From contig OZ024753.1 of the NCBI GenBank assembly GCA_964016885.1, positions 9,920,001 to 9,984,000 on the forward strand: DNA of 64,000 nt, given 5' to 3'. Origin of the DNA: Eledone cirrhosa. Lineage: Eukaryota. Positions 1-12,279 of this stretch are shown here, in pieces (position 1 is the first letter of the stretch; every line of letters starts with the position of its first letter). The notes under the pieces were generated by a model. That model ran no database searches, was not told the origin of the DNA, and saw only the letters and a list, made by a program, of their open reading frames with translations. A program made the position numbers and the translations under genes.

Positions 1-1146
1 ATCGCAGGGTTAAACCCTCAGCTATTACTGGTACTTATCCCGGTTTCATGGTGTGAAGCGACTGAGAGTACAAGACTTACTCCTGGATAGGACACCAGTC
101 CATTGCAGGGTTAAACCCCCAGCTATTACTGGTACTTATCCTGGTTTCATGGTGTGAAGCGACTGAGAGTACAAGACTTACCCCTGGACAGGACGCCAGT
201 CCATCGCATGGTTAAACCCCCAGCTATTACTGGTACTTATCCTGGTTTCATGGTGTGAAGCGACTGAGAGTACAAGACTTACCCCTGGACAGGACGCCAG
301 TCCATCGCAGGGTTAAACCCCCAGCTATTACTGGTACTTATCCCGGTTTCATGGCGTGAAGCGACTGAGAGTACAAGACTTACCCCTGGACAGGACGCCA
401 GTCCATCGCAGGGTTAAACCCTCAGCTATTACTGGTACTTATCCTCGTTTCATGGCGTGAAGCGATTGAGAGTACAAGACTTCCTCCTGGATAGGACGCC
501 AGTCCATCGCAGGGTTAAACCCTCAGCTATTACTGGTACTTATCCCGGTTTCATGGTGTGAAGCGACTGAGAGTACAAGACTTACTCCTGGATAGGACAC
601 CAGTCCATCGCAGGGTTAAACCCCCAGCTATTACTGGTACTTATCCTGGTTTCATGGTGTGAAGCGACTGAGAGTACAAGACTTACCCCTGGACAGGACG
701 CCAGTCCATCGCATGGTTAAACCCCCAGCTATTACTGGTACTTATCCTGGTTTCATGGTGTGAAGCGACTGAGAGTACAAGACTTACCCCTGGACAGGAC
801 GCCAGTCCATCGCAGGGTTAAACCCCCAGCTATTACTGGTACTTATCCCGGTTTCATGGCGTGAAGCGACTGAGAGTACAAGACTTACCCCTGGACAGGA
901 CGCCAGTCCATCGCAGGGTTAAACCCCCAGCTATTACTGGTACTTATCCCGGTTTCATGGCGTGAAGCGACTGAGAGTACAAGACTTACCCCTGGACAGG
1001 ACGCCAGTCCATCGCAGGGTTAAACCCCCAGCTATTACTGGTACTTATTCCGGTTCCGTGGCATGAAGCAACTGAGAGTACAAGACTCCCCCCTGGACAG
1101 GACGCCAGTCCATCGCAGGGTTAAACCTCCAGCTATTGCTGGTACT
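1..1146 (-). repeat. Tandem array of a 101-bp unit (about 11 copies, truncated by the window start) derived from the 3' part of the adjacent SINE
   Basis: Unit ATCGCAGGGTTAAACCC...GGACGCCAGTCC restarts at 1, 102, 203 and onward. The last copy runs directly into the SINE body at about 1141-1270. Confidence 0.9.
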
Positions 1147-1270
1147 CATTTTCAGCTGGAGGAATGTAAAATGAAGTGTTTTGCTCAAGAACACAACACA
1201 GCCCAGCCCAGGAATTGAACCCACATTATGATCATAAGTCCAACACTCTTACCACTAGGCCACATGCCTC
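1141..1270 (-). mobile_element. tRNA-headed CORE-type SINE (head and core)
   Basis: The minus strand reads AGGCATGTGGCCTAGTGGTAAGAG...GGGTTCAATTCC (A/B-box-like), then TTGAGCAAAACACTT...CAGCTGAAAATGAG, similar to the copy at 3400. Confidence 0.75.
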
Positions 1271-1915
1271 TACACACATACATATATATATACACGCACA
1301 CACATATACATATGTATACACACACACACATATATATGTATACACACACACACATATATATATGTATACACACACTCTCACATATATATATGTATACACA
1401 CACACACACATATATATATGTATACACACACACACATATATATATGTATACACACACACACACATATATATATATGTATACATACACACACATATATATG
1501 TATACACACACACATATATATATGTATACACACACATATATATATGTATACACACACACACACACACATATATATATGTATACACACACACACATATATA
1601 TGTATACACATATATATATATATGTATACACACACACACACACATATATATATATGTATACACACACACACACACATATATATGTATACACACACACATA
1701 TATATGTATACACACACACATACACATATATATATATGTATACACACACACATATATATATATGTATACACACACATATATATATGTATATACACACACA
1801 CACATATATAGATGTATACACACACACACATATATATATGTATACACACACATATATAGATGTATACACACACACATATATATATATATGTATACACACA
1901 CACACATATATATGT
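1270..1915. repeat. Compound (TA)n/(CA)n microsatellite
   Basis: Alternating TATATATG/TACACACA runs. These explain the six overlapping YIHT/VCVY ORFs. Confidence 0.95.
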
Positions 1916-1934
1916 ATTTTTTTTTCTTTTTTTT

Positions 1935-2150
1935 TTCGATCGACTTTCGTCAAATTGGACCGAGGAAACAATGTTTCCGTTGGTCTTTCCAGTTGCTAGT
2001 ACTATCTATCGGTCGCAACTCCAGGTAGAAGGAGCAACGTGAAATAAAGTGTCTTGCTCAAGGACATAACGCATCGCCTGGTCCAGGAATCGAACTCACA
2101 ACCTCAAGATTGTGAATCCACTTCTCTAACCACTCAGCTACATGCCTTCA
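1935..2150 (-). mobile_element. CORE-type SINE with a different 3' tail (related copies at about 20130-20500 + and 62850-62960 -)
   Basis: Contains GTGAAATAAAGTGTCTTGCTCAAGG (reverse core) and a tRNA-like head. GGACCGAGGAAACA...GGTCTTTCC is shared with the other two copies. Confidence 0.7.
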
Positions 2151-2656
2151 CATATATATGTATACACACATATATATATATGTATACACACACACACACA
2201 TATATATCTATACACACACACATATATATATATGTATACACACACACACACATATATATCTATACACACACTTGTATTTGGATTACTATCAGGTCCTTGT
2301 CTAACTAATGTTTAAAAAAAAACTTTAATTCCATAGATGTTAGAATCGGTAAAGAACATGAAGAAACCCAATACATCCATTTTACTGTTGTTAATAAAAA
2401 ATAATTATAACTGTCTTAATTAATTGTTTCTACTTTTGGCACAAGGCCAGCAATTACCCAGTGCATTACTGGTACTTTATTTTATCAACCTCGTAAGGAT
2501 GAAAGGCAAAGTTAACCTTGGCGGGATTATAACTGTCTTAATTAATGAAATAATTATAATTGTCTTAATTAATGAAATAATTATAATTGTCTTATATAAT
2601 AAATCATTTACTTCAACTCTATTTTATGGGAGAAGGAGTATGTAAAAACTTGTTTA

Positions 2657-2871
2657 TTAGCCCTTTAGCATTTAAACCGGCTGTATCCGGCCAGAATTCT
2701 TTCACCTCTTCTGTACAAATCAACTGTAACTGGCCACTCATACTGATGTTAAGGTATTGTTCTCAAAATAAATAATATCAAAATCTCATAGATTCGATAT
2801 TATGGTAGATAAAGCCATTACTGTGAAAATACAATAGTATATATAGAGTAATGTAAATGCTAAAGGGTTAA
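2657..2871. mobile_element. piggyBac-like MITE of about 210 bp (further copies at about 4215-4420, 11500-11706, 45809-46018, 46123-46351, 47018-47234, 51759-52510, 53893-54184, 54705-54954, 55409-55624, 55639-55854)
   Basis: Termini TTAA-CCCTTTAGCATTT...AAATGCTAAAGGG-TTAA. A TTAA target with CCC/GGG ends is the piggyBac signature. The internal sequence is conserved between copies. Confidence 0.8.
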
Positions 2872-3074
2872 ATTAAACCTCATTTTTTAGAATAATTAAT
2901 ACTTTACAGATTTAGAACTGGGAATCAACTGCAAAACTACATTCGTATAACTTCATGGTTTGTAGAGGTAATTAGGTTGAGTGTTACACCTTCATATATA
3001 ATTAGGGTCAGTACTTCACCTGTAGATGTAATTAGGACCAGTGTTACACCTGTAGATTTAATTAAGATCAACAC

Positions 3075-3370
3075 TATAGAGAGTCACTCCAGGTAGAGCC
3101 ACTACTTCTCCGAACTGAGAGTTTGCAGCTCCGATACTATGGGTATGTGGTTAAAATGTCTCATAAAAAAATTGCTGGACAAATTTTACAGGTAAAACTA
3201 ACCAGGAGGAAACCCAGAGCAAGATGGTTGGATAACATTTATGAGCTCAGCTGGTCTTGCTTGGGGAATCAGGTATAACAATGGAGGTGGTTGCTTCTGA
3301 CAGGACCCGCTGGAAGGAGTGTTTGAGGATTCTGCCCTCCCCATGATCTTCACAGGAATAAATGGAAAAA
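3075..3370 (+). mobile_element. Degenerate RTE-type LINE 3' fragment (same family as 15985-17420 and about 61730-61915)
   Basis: GAGAGTCACTCCAGGTAGAGCC...GGAAGGAGTGTTTGAGGA is shared with 16260-17400. Confidence 0.7.
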
Positions 3371-3399
3371 GAAGTTTTATACAGATTTGTATTATTAAT

Positions 3400-3830
3400 G
3401 GAGGCACATGGCTTAGTGGTTAGAGCACTGGCCTTGCAATCGAAAGGTTGTGAGTTCGATTATCAGACCGGGTAATGTGTTGTTTCCTTGAGCAAGACAC
3501 TTTATTTCACATTGCTCCAGTTTACTCAGCTGTAGAAATGAGATGATAGAGACTGGGGTCCCTATAATTCCACTGCAAAGTGGTCGTGGAGGTGCCACGG
3601 CAAAAAAGCACCCAGCACTCACTGTAAAGTGGACGTGTAGGTGCCACGGCAAAAAAGCACCCAGTGTAAAGTGGATGTGTAGGTGCCATGGCAAAAAAGC
3701 ACCCAGCACTCACTGTAAATGAGGTTGGTGTTAGGAAGGGCATCCAGCTGTAGAAATCAAGCCAGAATCAGTTCCTGTCTCACCCTTGCAAGCAGGGAAA
3801 AGCGGACACAAAATGATGATGATGATGATG
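3400..3830 (+). mobile_element. tRNA-derived CORE-type SINE with an RTE-derived 3' tail ending in (GAT)n (copies at 4494-4868 +, 10092-10398 +, 19200-19524 -)
   Basis: Head GGAGGCACATGGCTTAGTGGTTAGAGC...GAGTTCGATT. Core TCCTTGAGCAAGACACTTT...CAGCTGTAGAAATGAG. Tail GGTTGGTGTTAGGAAGGGCATCCAGCTGTAGAAA...(GAT)n is shared with the RTE 3' UTR at about 14250-14408. Confidence 0.85.
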
Positions 3831-5673
3831 AACTAAAATTTATAATACTTTTCTGTAATCAATAAATAAATCACTCAACATCTGTCGTGTAGCAGTGGTG
3901 ATGTTTGTGTAATAACCTATTACATGATTTGTCACGAGTGAGTGTGAACTGTGTAGTAGAAAATACAGGCTTGGAACTTTCTTAGCATAGTTTGAGCAAG
4001 AGTCAAAAACTAAGGTTGTCATCTTGCCATGTTATATGTTGGAACTATTTTATTTGAAAGAGGTGTGGTGTATAGCTGGGAGAAGAGATAACTAAATACT
4101 CATGTGTTGGCCCTGTATGTAAAAACAGCAGACATGTTGAAAAATTAACACTCTCAAGAAAATTAATCTATTTAAAATATAATACATTTTTTTTTACTTA
4201 TCTTTTTGGTGTATTAATCCTTTAGCATTTAAACTGGCTGTATCCAGCCATAGTTCTCCCACCCCTTTCTGTTCAAACCAGCCACTCATACTGATGTTAA
4301 GGTATTGTTCTCAAAATAAATAATATCAAAATCTCATAGATTTGATATTATGTGAGACAAAACCTTTACAATGAAAATTCATTAGTAAATATAGAGTAAT
4401 GTAAATGGTAAAGGGTTAATTTTACCAGGTATATAACTAAAGATATACAAATTGAAATATATCCAGTGACACCTTAATTCTACCAGATATATATGGAGGC
4501 ACGTGGCTTAGTGGTTAGAGCATTGGCCTTGCAATCGAAAGGTTGTGAGTTCAATTCTCAGACCAGGTGATGTGTTGTTTCCTTGAGCAAGACACTTTAT
4601 TTCACATTGCTCCAGTTTACTCAGCTGTAGAAATGAGATGATAGGACTGGGGTCCCTATCATTCCACTGCAAAGTGGTCGTGGAGGTGCCACAGCAAAAA
4701 AAGCACCCAGCACTCACTTTAAAGTGGACGTGTAGGCACCACGGAAAAAAATCACCCAGCACTCACTGTAAATGAGGTTGGTGTTAGGAAAGGCATCCAG
4801 CTGTAGAAATCAAGCCAGAATCAGTTCCTGTCCCACCCTTGCAAGCATGATGATGATGATGATGATGATATATGTCCAGTAACACCTTAATTTTAGCAGG
4901 TATAGAACTAAAGGTATAGAACTAAAGTTATACAAATGTCTAGTGATACGTTATCTATCCTTGACTCAATTTGAAGAAGTCAATAATGAAATATAATACA
5001 ATAAAGAGAAAGCAAAGATATAGAAACATATATTTTACGGAATATCTGAAATTTAGGAATTCTTAGGAATGTCAAAATCAGATTTACCAATATAATGTTG
5101 AGATATAGAAACATATTTTACTGTATATCAAATATATACTACTAGACCACCTGTGAATCATTGGGTCATGTCCACTTCGAGTTGTACCATTGTAGAGTTC
5201 TGAAGGGTTTTTGTCAGTTTTTTAGATTGATTGGGTGAAGGCTTTTATGATCAGTGCTTTTTAAGCTGTGATTACACCATTTTTTGTTCAAGAAATTCAT
5301 GCATTTATCAGTGATCTTAGCAAAGCTAAAGTCACTTGTCAATGACGAAATCTCTACATGGTCAATAGACTTGTTATAAATGGCAGCTAAATTTCTATCA
5401 ATGCACTCTGCTGACTTAAAAAGGTCATAATGTATTGTATCAAAGAGAGCTGACCACTGACATCAGTGTTAAAGTGGTTTGTAAATTGAAGTACTTTACT
5501 TAAGGACAAACACACTGCCCAGACAATGTTTATTTTATATATATCGATTTTTAATCTAATGTAAATATATAATCTACATATATATATAATTGGTGTTGGA
5601 TGCTTAAAGTGTCCGTATAACCACTCGATGCCTTCGTAGAGCAGAGTATGATATATATGTAGATAATTACTTA

Positions 5674-5706
<33 letters not shown>

Positions 5707-5709
<3 letters not shown>

Positions 5710-5782
5710 CAAAATGAAAATCCGAAGGCAAGGTAAAATTCCAATTGGAATTTTACCTTGCCCTCAGATTTTCATTTTGATA
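5707..5782. repeat. Near-perfect 76-bp palindrome at the left end of a (TA)n-flanked element (about 5707-5922)
   Basis: TATCAAAATGAAAATCCGAAGGCAAGGTAAAATTCCAA|TTGGAATTTTACCTTGCCCTCAGATTTTCATTTTGATA. Confidence 0.9.
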
Positions 5783-5921
5783 CTTATACTCCGTTTTACA
5801 TCATCTAGCTGTTCCCTCGAATGGAATTGGAGATATACAAAAGCGTGGAGACTTAATATTGCTAACATAAAGTTATTGGACCATTTTACACAACCAATAT
5901 TGCACCTTACTATATAACAAC

Positions 5922-6010
<89 letters not shown>

Positions 6011-6704
6011 AGTGGCACTCCGTCGGTTACGACGACGAGAATTCCTGTTTTTATTACTAAGAAATAAAATTTGACTAACAGCACTAAGAAAGGCATGAAC
6101 GCCACCAGATCTTTTTTTCACAATGTTGCTCACCTGCCCAGGGTTGATTTGAACCTGTAACCCGAGTTTCATTTCTGTCTCTGTGTATGTGAGACCTACA
6201 ATAGTATTTCATTCCTATATTAGTATGTTTGTGGCTGTAATATTAGAATCTTACCTTATTCACATGTGTCTGTATGTCAATCAGATTACGAACATACCAC
6301 CTGTAGAATAAGGGATACAGCCGAGCATTTATTAACATTAAATTAAAAATCGATTGACATATATAAAATAAACGCCTCAAACAAGGGCTGTTATTTCTAG
6401 CAGTTGATAATCCTATCCACGGCACTGGGTTGACGTCGGGGTGATGTGTGTATTTTTCTAAATAATAAACCACACGTGCTTTTCTTCATTTCCAGATTTG
6501 CTTTTAGATCATCCGGCACTTTTAAGATCTGTGATTTACCGATCAATGGTGAAATATATACAAAGGAGATTAATCATTATTGCAGGTTCTCGTTAATTTT
6601 TAATGTTACCTACGTAACTTCGATTTGTAATCTGACCGACAAATCGTAATAGATTATTTATTACAGACACACACACTAATATAGGAATGAGGTACTATGT
6701 TAAG

Positions 6705-6742
<38 letters not shown>

Positions 6743-6746
<4 letters not shown>

Positions 6747-7312
6747 AACTCTGGATGTCGGTGAGCATGTCCAGCTAACGTCAGTCTCCTCTGTGTCACT
6801 TTTGAGCTGACTTTTGGGATGCTCCCATACAGCTCTGAGTTTTTCATCCTCAGTGTATACTGATTAATGTTCAGAGCCATCCTCAGCATTCTCGTGTAAC
6901 ACCCATCCACCATCTGAGTGAGTTTCTTGGTCAGTGTCCAAGTCTCAGACCCATACAGCAGCACAGACTCCACTACAGCAATGAAGAGGCGGACTTTCAG
7001 GTCTACGAAGGTCCGACTTCCACACCGATCTCAAGCTGTGGCACGCCGCCCAGGCCTTGCCCTTCCTCTCAACCACATCACCTTCCGTATTCCCAATCTT
7101 TGCTCCCCACCTACATTGCACTCAGTGCTCCTTTGGGAGCCCCTACATGGACACACTAGAAGAGGAAGACCAAGGTTAACGTATGTTGATGCCCTAAGGA
7201 CAGACACCGGTCTGTTGGAGACGCAGGACATGGCAGCGATAATGAGGGACAGAGACCGCTGGAGAGAACTCGTCCATGGATCTCGGGAATTTTACCCGCC
7301 TTAGATAGATAT
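6743..7312 (+). mobile_element. RTE-X-like LINE 3' fragment with a 5' inversion (6743-7111 inverted, 7112-7304 direct)
   Basis: The minus strand encodes ...KGKAWAACHSLRSVWKSDL/KVRLFIAVVESVLLYGSETWTLT...LAGHAHRHPELT. The plus strand continues TLHSVLLWEPLHGHTRRGRPRLTY...DRDRWR and ends in TAGAT repeats. Confidence 0.85.
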
Positions 7313-7391
7313 ATATGTAGATGAGATATTTAATTTGTTAGAAATCCAACATGACTTTCCAGAAATAACTTGAACCGTTAAGGTCATGTCA

Positions 7392-7483
7392 AATATTTAT
7401 AAAACATTTTGTATTTTATCTGATGATAGCGTACCAACATTTTTGGTACCCTTGAAATAGAATAAATATGGTTTTATAAATAT
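7392..7483 (+). ncRNA. Degenerate hammerhead-like motif in a Penelope-type remnant
   Basis: CTGATGA (7420-7426), stem GTACCAA/TTGGTAC and GAAA (7454-7457). Flanks TATTTATAAAAC/GTTTTATAAATA pair. Stem III is eroded. Confidence 0.5.
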
Positions 7484-8535
7484 AGTTTCCATTTATTTAA
7501 TATCATTGAATTATATATGTATATACATATCTCTCTCTGTATATTATATATATATATATACGCAGACAGAGAGATTATTTATGTTCATACATACATACAT
7601 AAAAAAACTTTCCCAACTGAAACTTTTTTGCACCCATTTTTGCGATTAAGTAAAAACAGAGTTATTGTTCTTGAGATTTCAGCTGAGAGAAATTTGGGGA
7701 ACTGATGTCGCTAAATCGTCAAAGTATTTACCTCCACTGTTGCATCATGGGAGGGGTAATGGCTGAATTTTTTTTAACGACGGCAATTTTTTAAATTTGT
7801 TTCCCAGCATCTTGTTCCTTGTTTGGTATTAATGAATAAATATGAAATAATTAATTTATTGCACACCTCTCTTTCATCTGAACATCAAGTTACCATGGGA
7901 GCGAGAGGGCAAGGGTAACGTAAAATCCCGAAACCGGTGTCAATTTTACACTATTATTCTCAAAATAATTGTTTCCACTTTTGGCACAAGGCCAAATATT
8001 ACCTAGTGCATTACTGGTACTTTATTTTATCGACCCCGTAAGAATGAAAGGCAAAGGCTCTACCGATACTGCCAATCCACTCTCAAAATAATTTTCTACT
8101 TTTGGCACAAGGCCAGCAATTATCTTAGTGTATTACTGGTACTTTATTTTATCGACTCCGTAAGAATGAAAGGCAAAGGCCGTAACTCTATGCGTCAAAG
8201 GATGGCGTCCGATCCTCTACCGATACTACCAATCCACTCTCAAAATAATGTCAGATATTATTTTGAAGTTTTATTTAACTTCTATCGCTACACTTTCCGT
8301 ATTTATAATTAAATTAATAAATTTAAGGTTTTAATACTTTAAATATAAAACTTTCGACAAGTTTTCTGGTAGCTTCGTTGGTAGGAGTAATGGGTATTCA
8401 TTGTTTCGTAACGAGGTGAGTGGTTCAATATCGAACTGCCGTAGTAGGAATACTTTTATTCTATTATACAAATGATATATTGTATATTATATATTTATAT
8501 GTATATATTTCCATTTATTAATATATTGAGTATTT

Positions 8536-8987
8536 ACTCCAGTAAATCTGTTAAGTGCTCTATATCAGTTATAAACTTTTAAGTTTGTTGGAATCCCAAC
8601 AAATTAAATATAACTTCTACATATATGTAGTATTTCCGTCGGAAAGGTACAGGAAAAAAGAGTGCTCTATGTAAGCTATAGAGCTTATTAGTTATGTAAT
8701 AAACAAGATAAGATAATTATTTCATTTACCAGTGGTTTCTTGAAGATAGATGTATCTATCTTCAAGGAACCACTGGTAAATGAAATAATTATCTTATCTT
8801 GTTTATTACATAACTAATAAGCTCTATAGCTTACATAGAGCACTCTTTTTTCCTGTACCTTTCCGACGGAAATACTACATATAAAAATATATATACATAT
8901 ATGTAGAAGTTATATCTAATTTGTTGGGATTCCAACAAACTTAAAAGTTTATAACTGATATAGAGCACTTAACAGTTTTACTGGAGT
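8536..8987. repeat. Fold-back palindrome of about 450 bp centred at 8752/8753
   Basis: The arms are near-perfect reverse complements, from ACTCCAGTAAA...TTGAAGATAGAT to ATCTATCTTCAA...TTTACTGGAGT, with a small TA-rich insertion at about 8884-8900. Confidence 0.95.
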
Positions 8988-9014
8988 GTGTGTGTGTGTA
9001 TATATATATATATA

Positions 9015-9998
9015 CCACTATTAGCCGCTAGAGGGTTCTCCCTAAAAATGAAAGGCAGGTTATACGATGCCTGCATACATACGAACAGCAATGCTGCATG
9101 GCAGTGAGACCTGAGCATTGTGTGCAGAGGATATACGCAGACTAGAGAGGAACGAAGCTTGCATGCTCCGCTGGATGTGCAATAGTAATATACGTGAACG
9201 GCAAAGCATAAACGAACTAAGGAAAAAATTAGAAATAAGAGGGATCAGATGTTGTTTACTCGAGAGAAGGCTACGTTGGTACGGTCACGTGATGCGCATG
9301 AAAGACGACAGCTGTATAACAAAGTGCAGGGCAATAAAGATAGACGGTAGCCACGGAGTAGGCAGACCCAGAAAAACATGGGACGAGCTGATAAATTCCG
9401 ACCTCACACGCTTACACCTCTCCAAGACAATGTCACTGGACCGAGACCTTTGGCGGTACTCAGTAATAGAGAAGACCCGCCTTACCTAAATACAAAGTAA
9501 AAACCTACTACAGTCAGTAGGCATCTCTATCAAAACACACCCCCGTCCCACCACCCTCCACCCCACCCACACCGCCCCTTTCAATGTAAAGTTATGTTGG
9601 TCCCACAACATCCAGGCCGAAACAAATGAGATCGTGTAGGTGTCACGACAAAAAACACACAGTCCACGCTGTAAATGTGGCCGTGTAGGCAACACGGTAA
9701 AAACCTCCCAGCCCCACACTGTAAATGTGGTTGGTGTTAGGAAGGGCATCCAGCTGTAGAAAACCCGCCAGACAGTCCACGCTGTAATGTGGCCGTGTAG
9801 GCAACACGGTAAAAACCTCCCAGCCCCACACTGTAAATGTGGTTGGTGTTAGGAAGGGCATCCAACTGTAGAAAACCCGCCAGACAGTCCTATGCGAGCA
9901 AGACAACCACTCTTGCCTCAAGTGGGAAAACCCCCGTCCAAACCCATGCAAGCGTGGAATACGGACGCTAAACCTGATGATGATGATGATGATGATGA
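9015..9998 (+). mobile_element. RTE LINE 3' fragment (ORF end plus 3' UTR with an internal duplication). Related fragments at 10635-10908, 20548-21135 and 48335-48860
   Basis: ORF 9118-9489 is nearly identical to the C-terminus of ORF 12376-14049. Same 3' UTR and (GAT)n tail. Confidence 0.9.
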
Positions 9999-10054
9999 TA
10001 GAACTCCTTTATATATATATATGGAACTCCTTTAACCATCTTTTGATCTTATAT

Positions 10055-10095
<41 letters not shown>

Positions 10096-11135
10096 GCACA
10101 TGGCTTAGTGGTTAGATCATTAGCCTTGCAATCGAAAGGTTGTGAGTTCAATTCTCAGACCGGGTGATGTGTTGTTTCCTTGAGCAAGACACTTTATTTC
10201 ACATTGCTCCAGTTTACTCAGCTGTAGAAATGAGATGAGAGGGACTGGGGTCCCTATCATTCCACTGCAAAGTGGTTGTGGAGGACCCACGCCAAAAAGG
10301 CACCCAGCACTCACTGTAGAAATCAAGCCAGAATCAGTTCCCGTCCCACCCTTGCAAGCAGGGAAAAGCGGACGTAACATAAAATGATGATGATGATGAC
10401 ATATATATATATATATATACGTAAGTACTTTAGTAACCTAGTATGGGACCTTGTTATGGCTCACAGCCCATGACGAGGTTTCTTGGGGCTCGTTTAATGA
10501 TAGACTCTCTATAAGAATAAATATATATATATATAAAGAATTTGAAGTTTATACCATAATTCTTTATACCACATACAATTCTTCAAGTAAACTACAAATT
10601 CCTTATATATATGTATATATATATATATGATGACTACAACATCCAGTCCGAAACAAATGAGGTCATGTAGGTGTCACGACAAAAAAACACACAGTCCACG
10701 CTGTAATGTGGCCGTGTAGGTAACACGGTAAAAACCTTCCAGTTCCACACTGTAAATGTGGTTGGTGTTAGGAAGGGTATCCAGCCGTAGAAAACTCGCC
10801 AGACAGTCCTATGCGAGCAAGACAACCACTCTTGCCTCAAGTGGGAAAACTCCCGTCCAAACCCATGCAAGCGTGGAATATGGACGTTTAAACGATGATG
10901 ATGATGATATATTATATAATATATATATTATAAACCCTGAAAGTCCAGCACTAAACCTCGTAACTCTACATGACATTATGCACTTACCCTTACCTGGTGG
11001 AGAGACTTTATTGGTCTTAAGTAGGATAATGAAGTCCACTACTAGATAATAATTCTTTATCCATTTGACCACCAGAGTTCCTCATTGAATACAACTAGTG
11101 CTGATGACATGACACCCAGTAAAGTGGCTGTGTTC

Positions 11136-11460
11136 ATACCATGGTACATAGTTCAGTGGTAGTGGTGATACCATGGTACATAGTTCAGTGGTAGTGGTGA
11201 TACCATGGTACATAGTTCAGTGGTAGTGGTGATACCATGGTACCCAGTTCAGTGGTAGTGGTGATACCATGGTACCCAGTTCAGTGGTAGCGGTGATACC
11301 ATGGTACCCAGTTCAGTGGTAGCGGTGATACCATGGTACCCAGTTCAGTGGTAGCGGTGATACCATGGTACATAGTTCAGTGGTAGCGGTGATACCATGG
11401 TACATAGTTCAGTGGAGATACCATGGTACCCAGTTCAGCGGTAGTGTCGATACCCAGTTC
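11136..11460. repeat. 32-bp minisatellite (about 9-10 copies)
   Basis: Unit ATACCATGGTACATAGTTCAGTGGTAGTGGTG starts at 11136, 11168 and onward. Confidence 0.9.
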
Positions 11461-12021
11461 ACCCAGTAATGTATTGGTGTTATGAAAACTGCCCTCAGTG
11501 TACACCCTTTAACCATTTAAACTGGTCATATCCGGCCAGAATTCTCTCACCTCTTTCTGTTCAAACTGGTTGCTCATACTGATGTTAAAGTATTGTTCTC
11601 AAAATAAACAGTATCAAAATCTCAGATTCAATATTATGTGAGGTAAAGCCTCTACCATGAAAATATAACAGTAATTATAGAGTAATGTAAATGCTAAAGG
11701 GTTAAGTGGTTGGCATTAGGAAGGGCACCACACCAAATATAGAATGTAAAAAGCAAGAATGGTTACAACAACCTGTCTGGTCGCAAACAGAGACAACCCG
11801 CCCGACCCATGCCAGCATGGAAAAGGGATGTAAAGTAATGATGATGATGATGATGTTATTTACACCAAGCTGTTAGTAACCATGTTCCCCCCACATTATA
11901 TATATTTTAATACTAACTATATTTACAGCAGCTGTTAGTATCCATATTCCCCCACATTATACATATATTAACACAAGCTATATTTATAGCAAGCTTTTAG
12001 TATCCATGTTCCTCCCACATT

Positions 12022-12206
12022 TGGATTGGCAGTATCGGTAGAGGTTCGGACGCCATGCTTTGACGCATAGAGTTACGGCCCTTGCCATTCTGAGTTCAAA
12101 TCCCGCCGAGGTTAACTTTGCCTTTCATCCTTACGGGGTCGATAAAATAAAGTACCAGTAATGTACTGGGTAATTTTCTGGCCTTGTGCCAATAGTAGAA
12201 ACAATT
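12022..12206 (+). mobile_element. Meta-domain-type tRNA SINE (other full or partial copies at about 2424-2530, 7965-8240, 23217-23388, 25015-25222, 25255-25435, 25530-25635, 32760-32870, 47285-47468, 53938-54010, 56568-56688)
   Basis: Head GGATTGGCAGTATCGGTAGAG...GAGTTCAAATCCC, then GCCTTTCATCCTTACGGGGTCGATAAAATAAAGTACCAG, which resembles the MetaSINE central domain. Confidence 0.75.
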
Positions 12207-12279
12207 ATATATATATATATTAACACTATATTTATAGCAAGCTTTTAGTATCCATGTTCCTCCCACATTATATATATAG

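Noticed and set aside
1176-2308. YIHT/VCVY-rich ORFs (also at 21051-21367, 28844-30886, 49264-51407, 60798-61254, 62877-63279)
   Set aside because: Translations of dinucleotide microsatellites and minisatellites.
3400-3475. tRNA-like sequences at SINE 5' ends
   Set aside because: A/B boxes are present but run into SINE bodies in multiple diverged copies. They are not tRNA genes.
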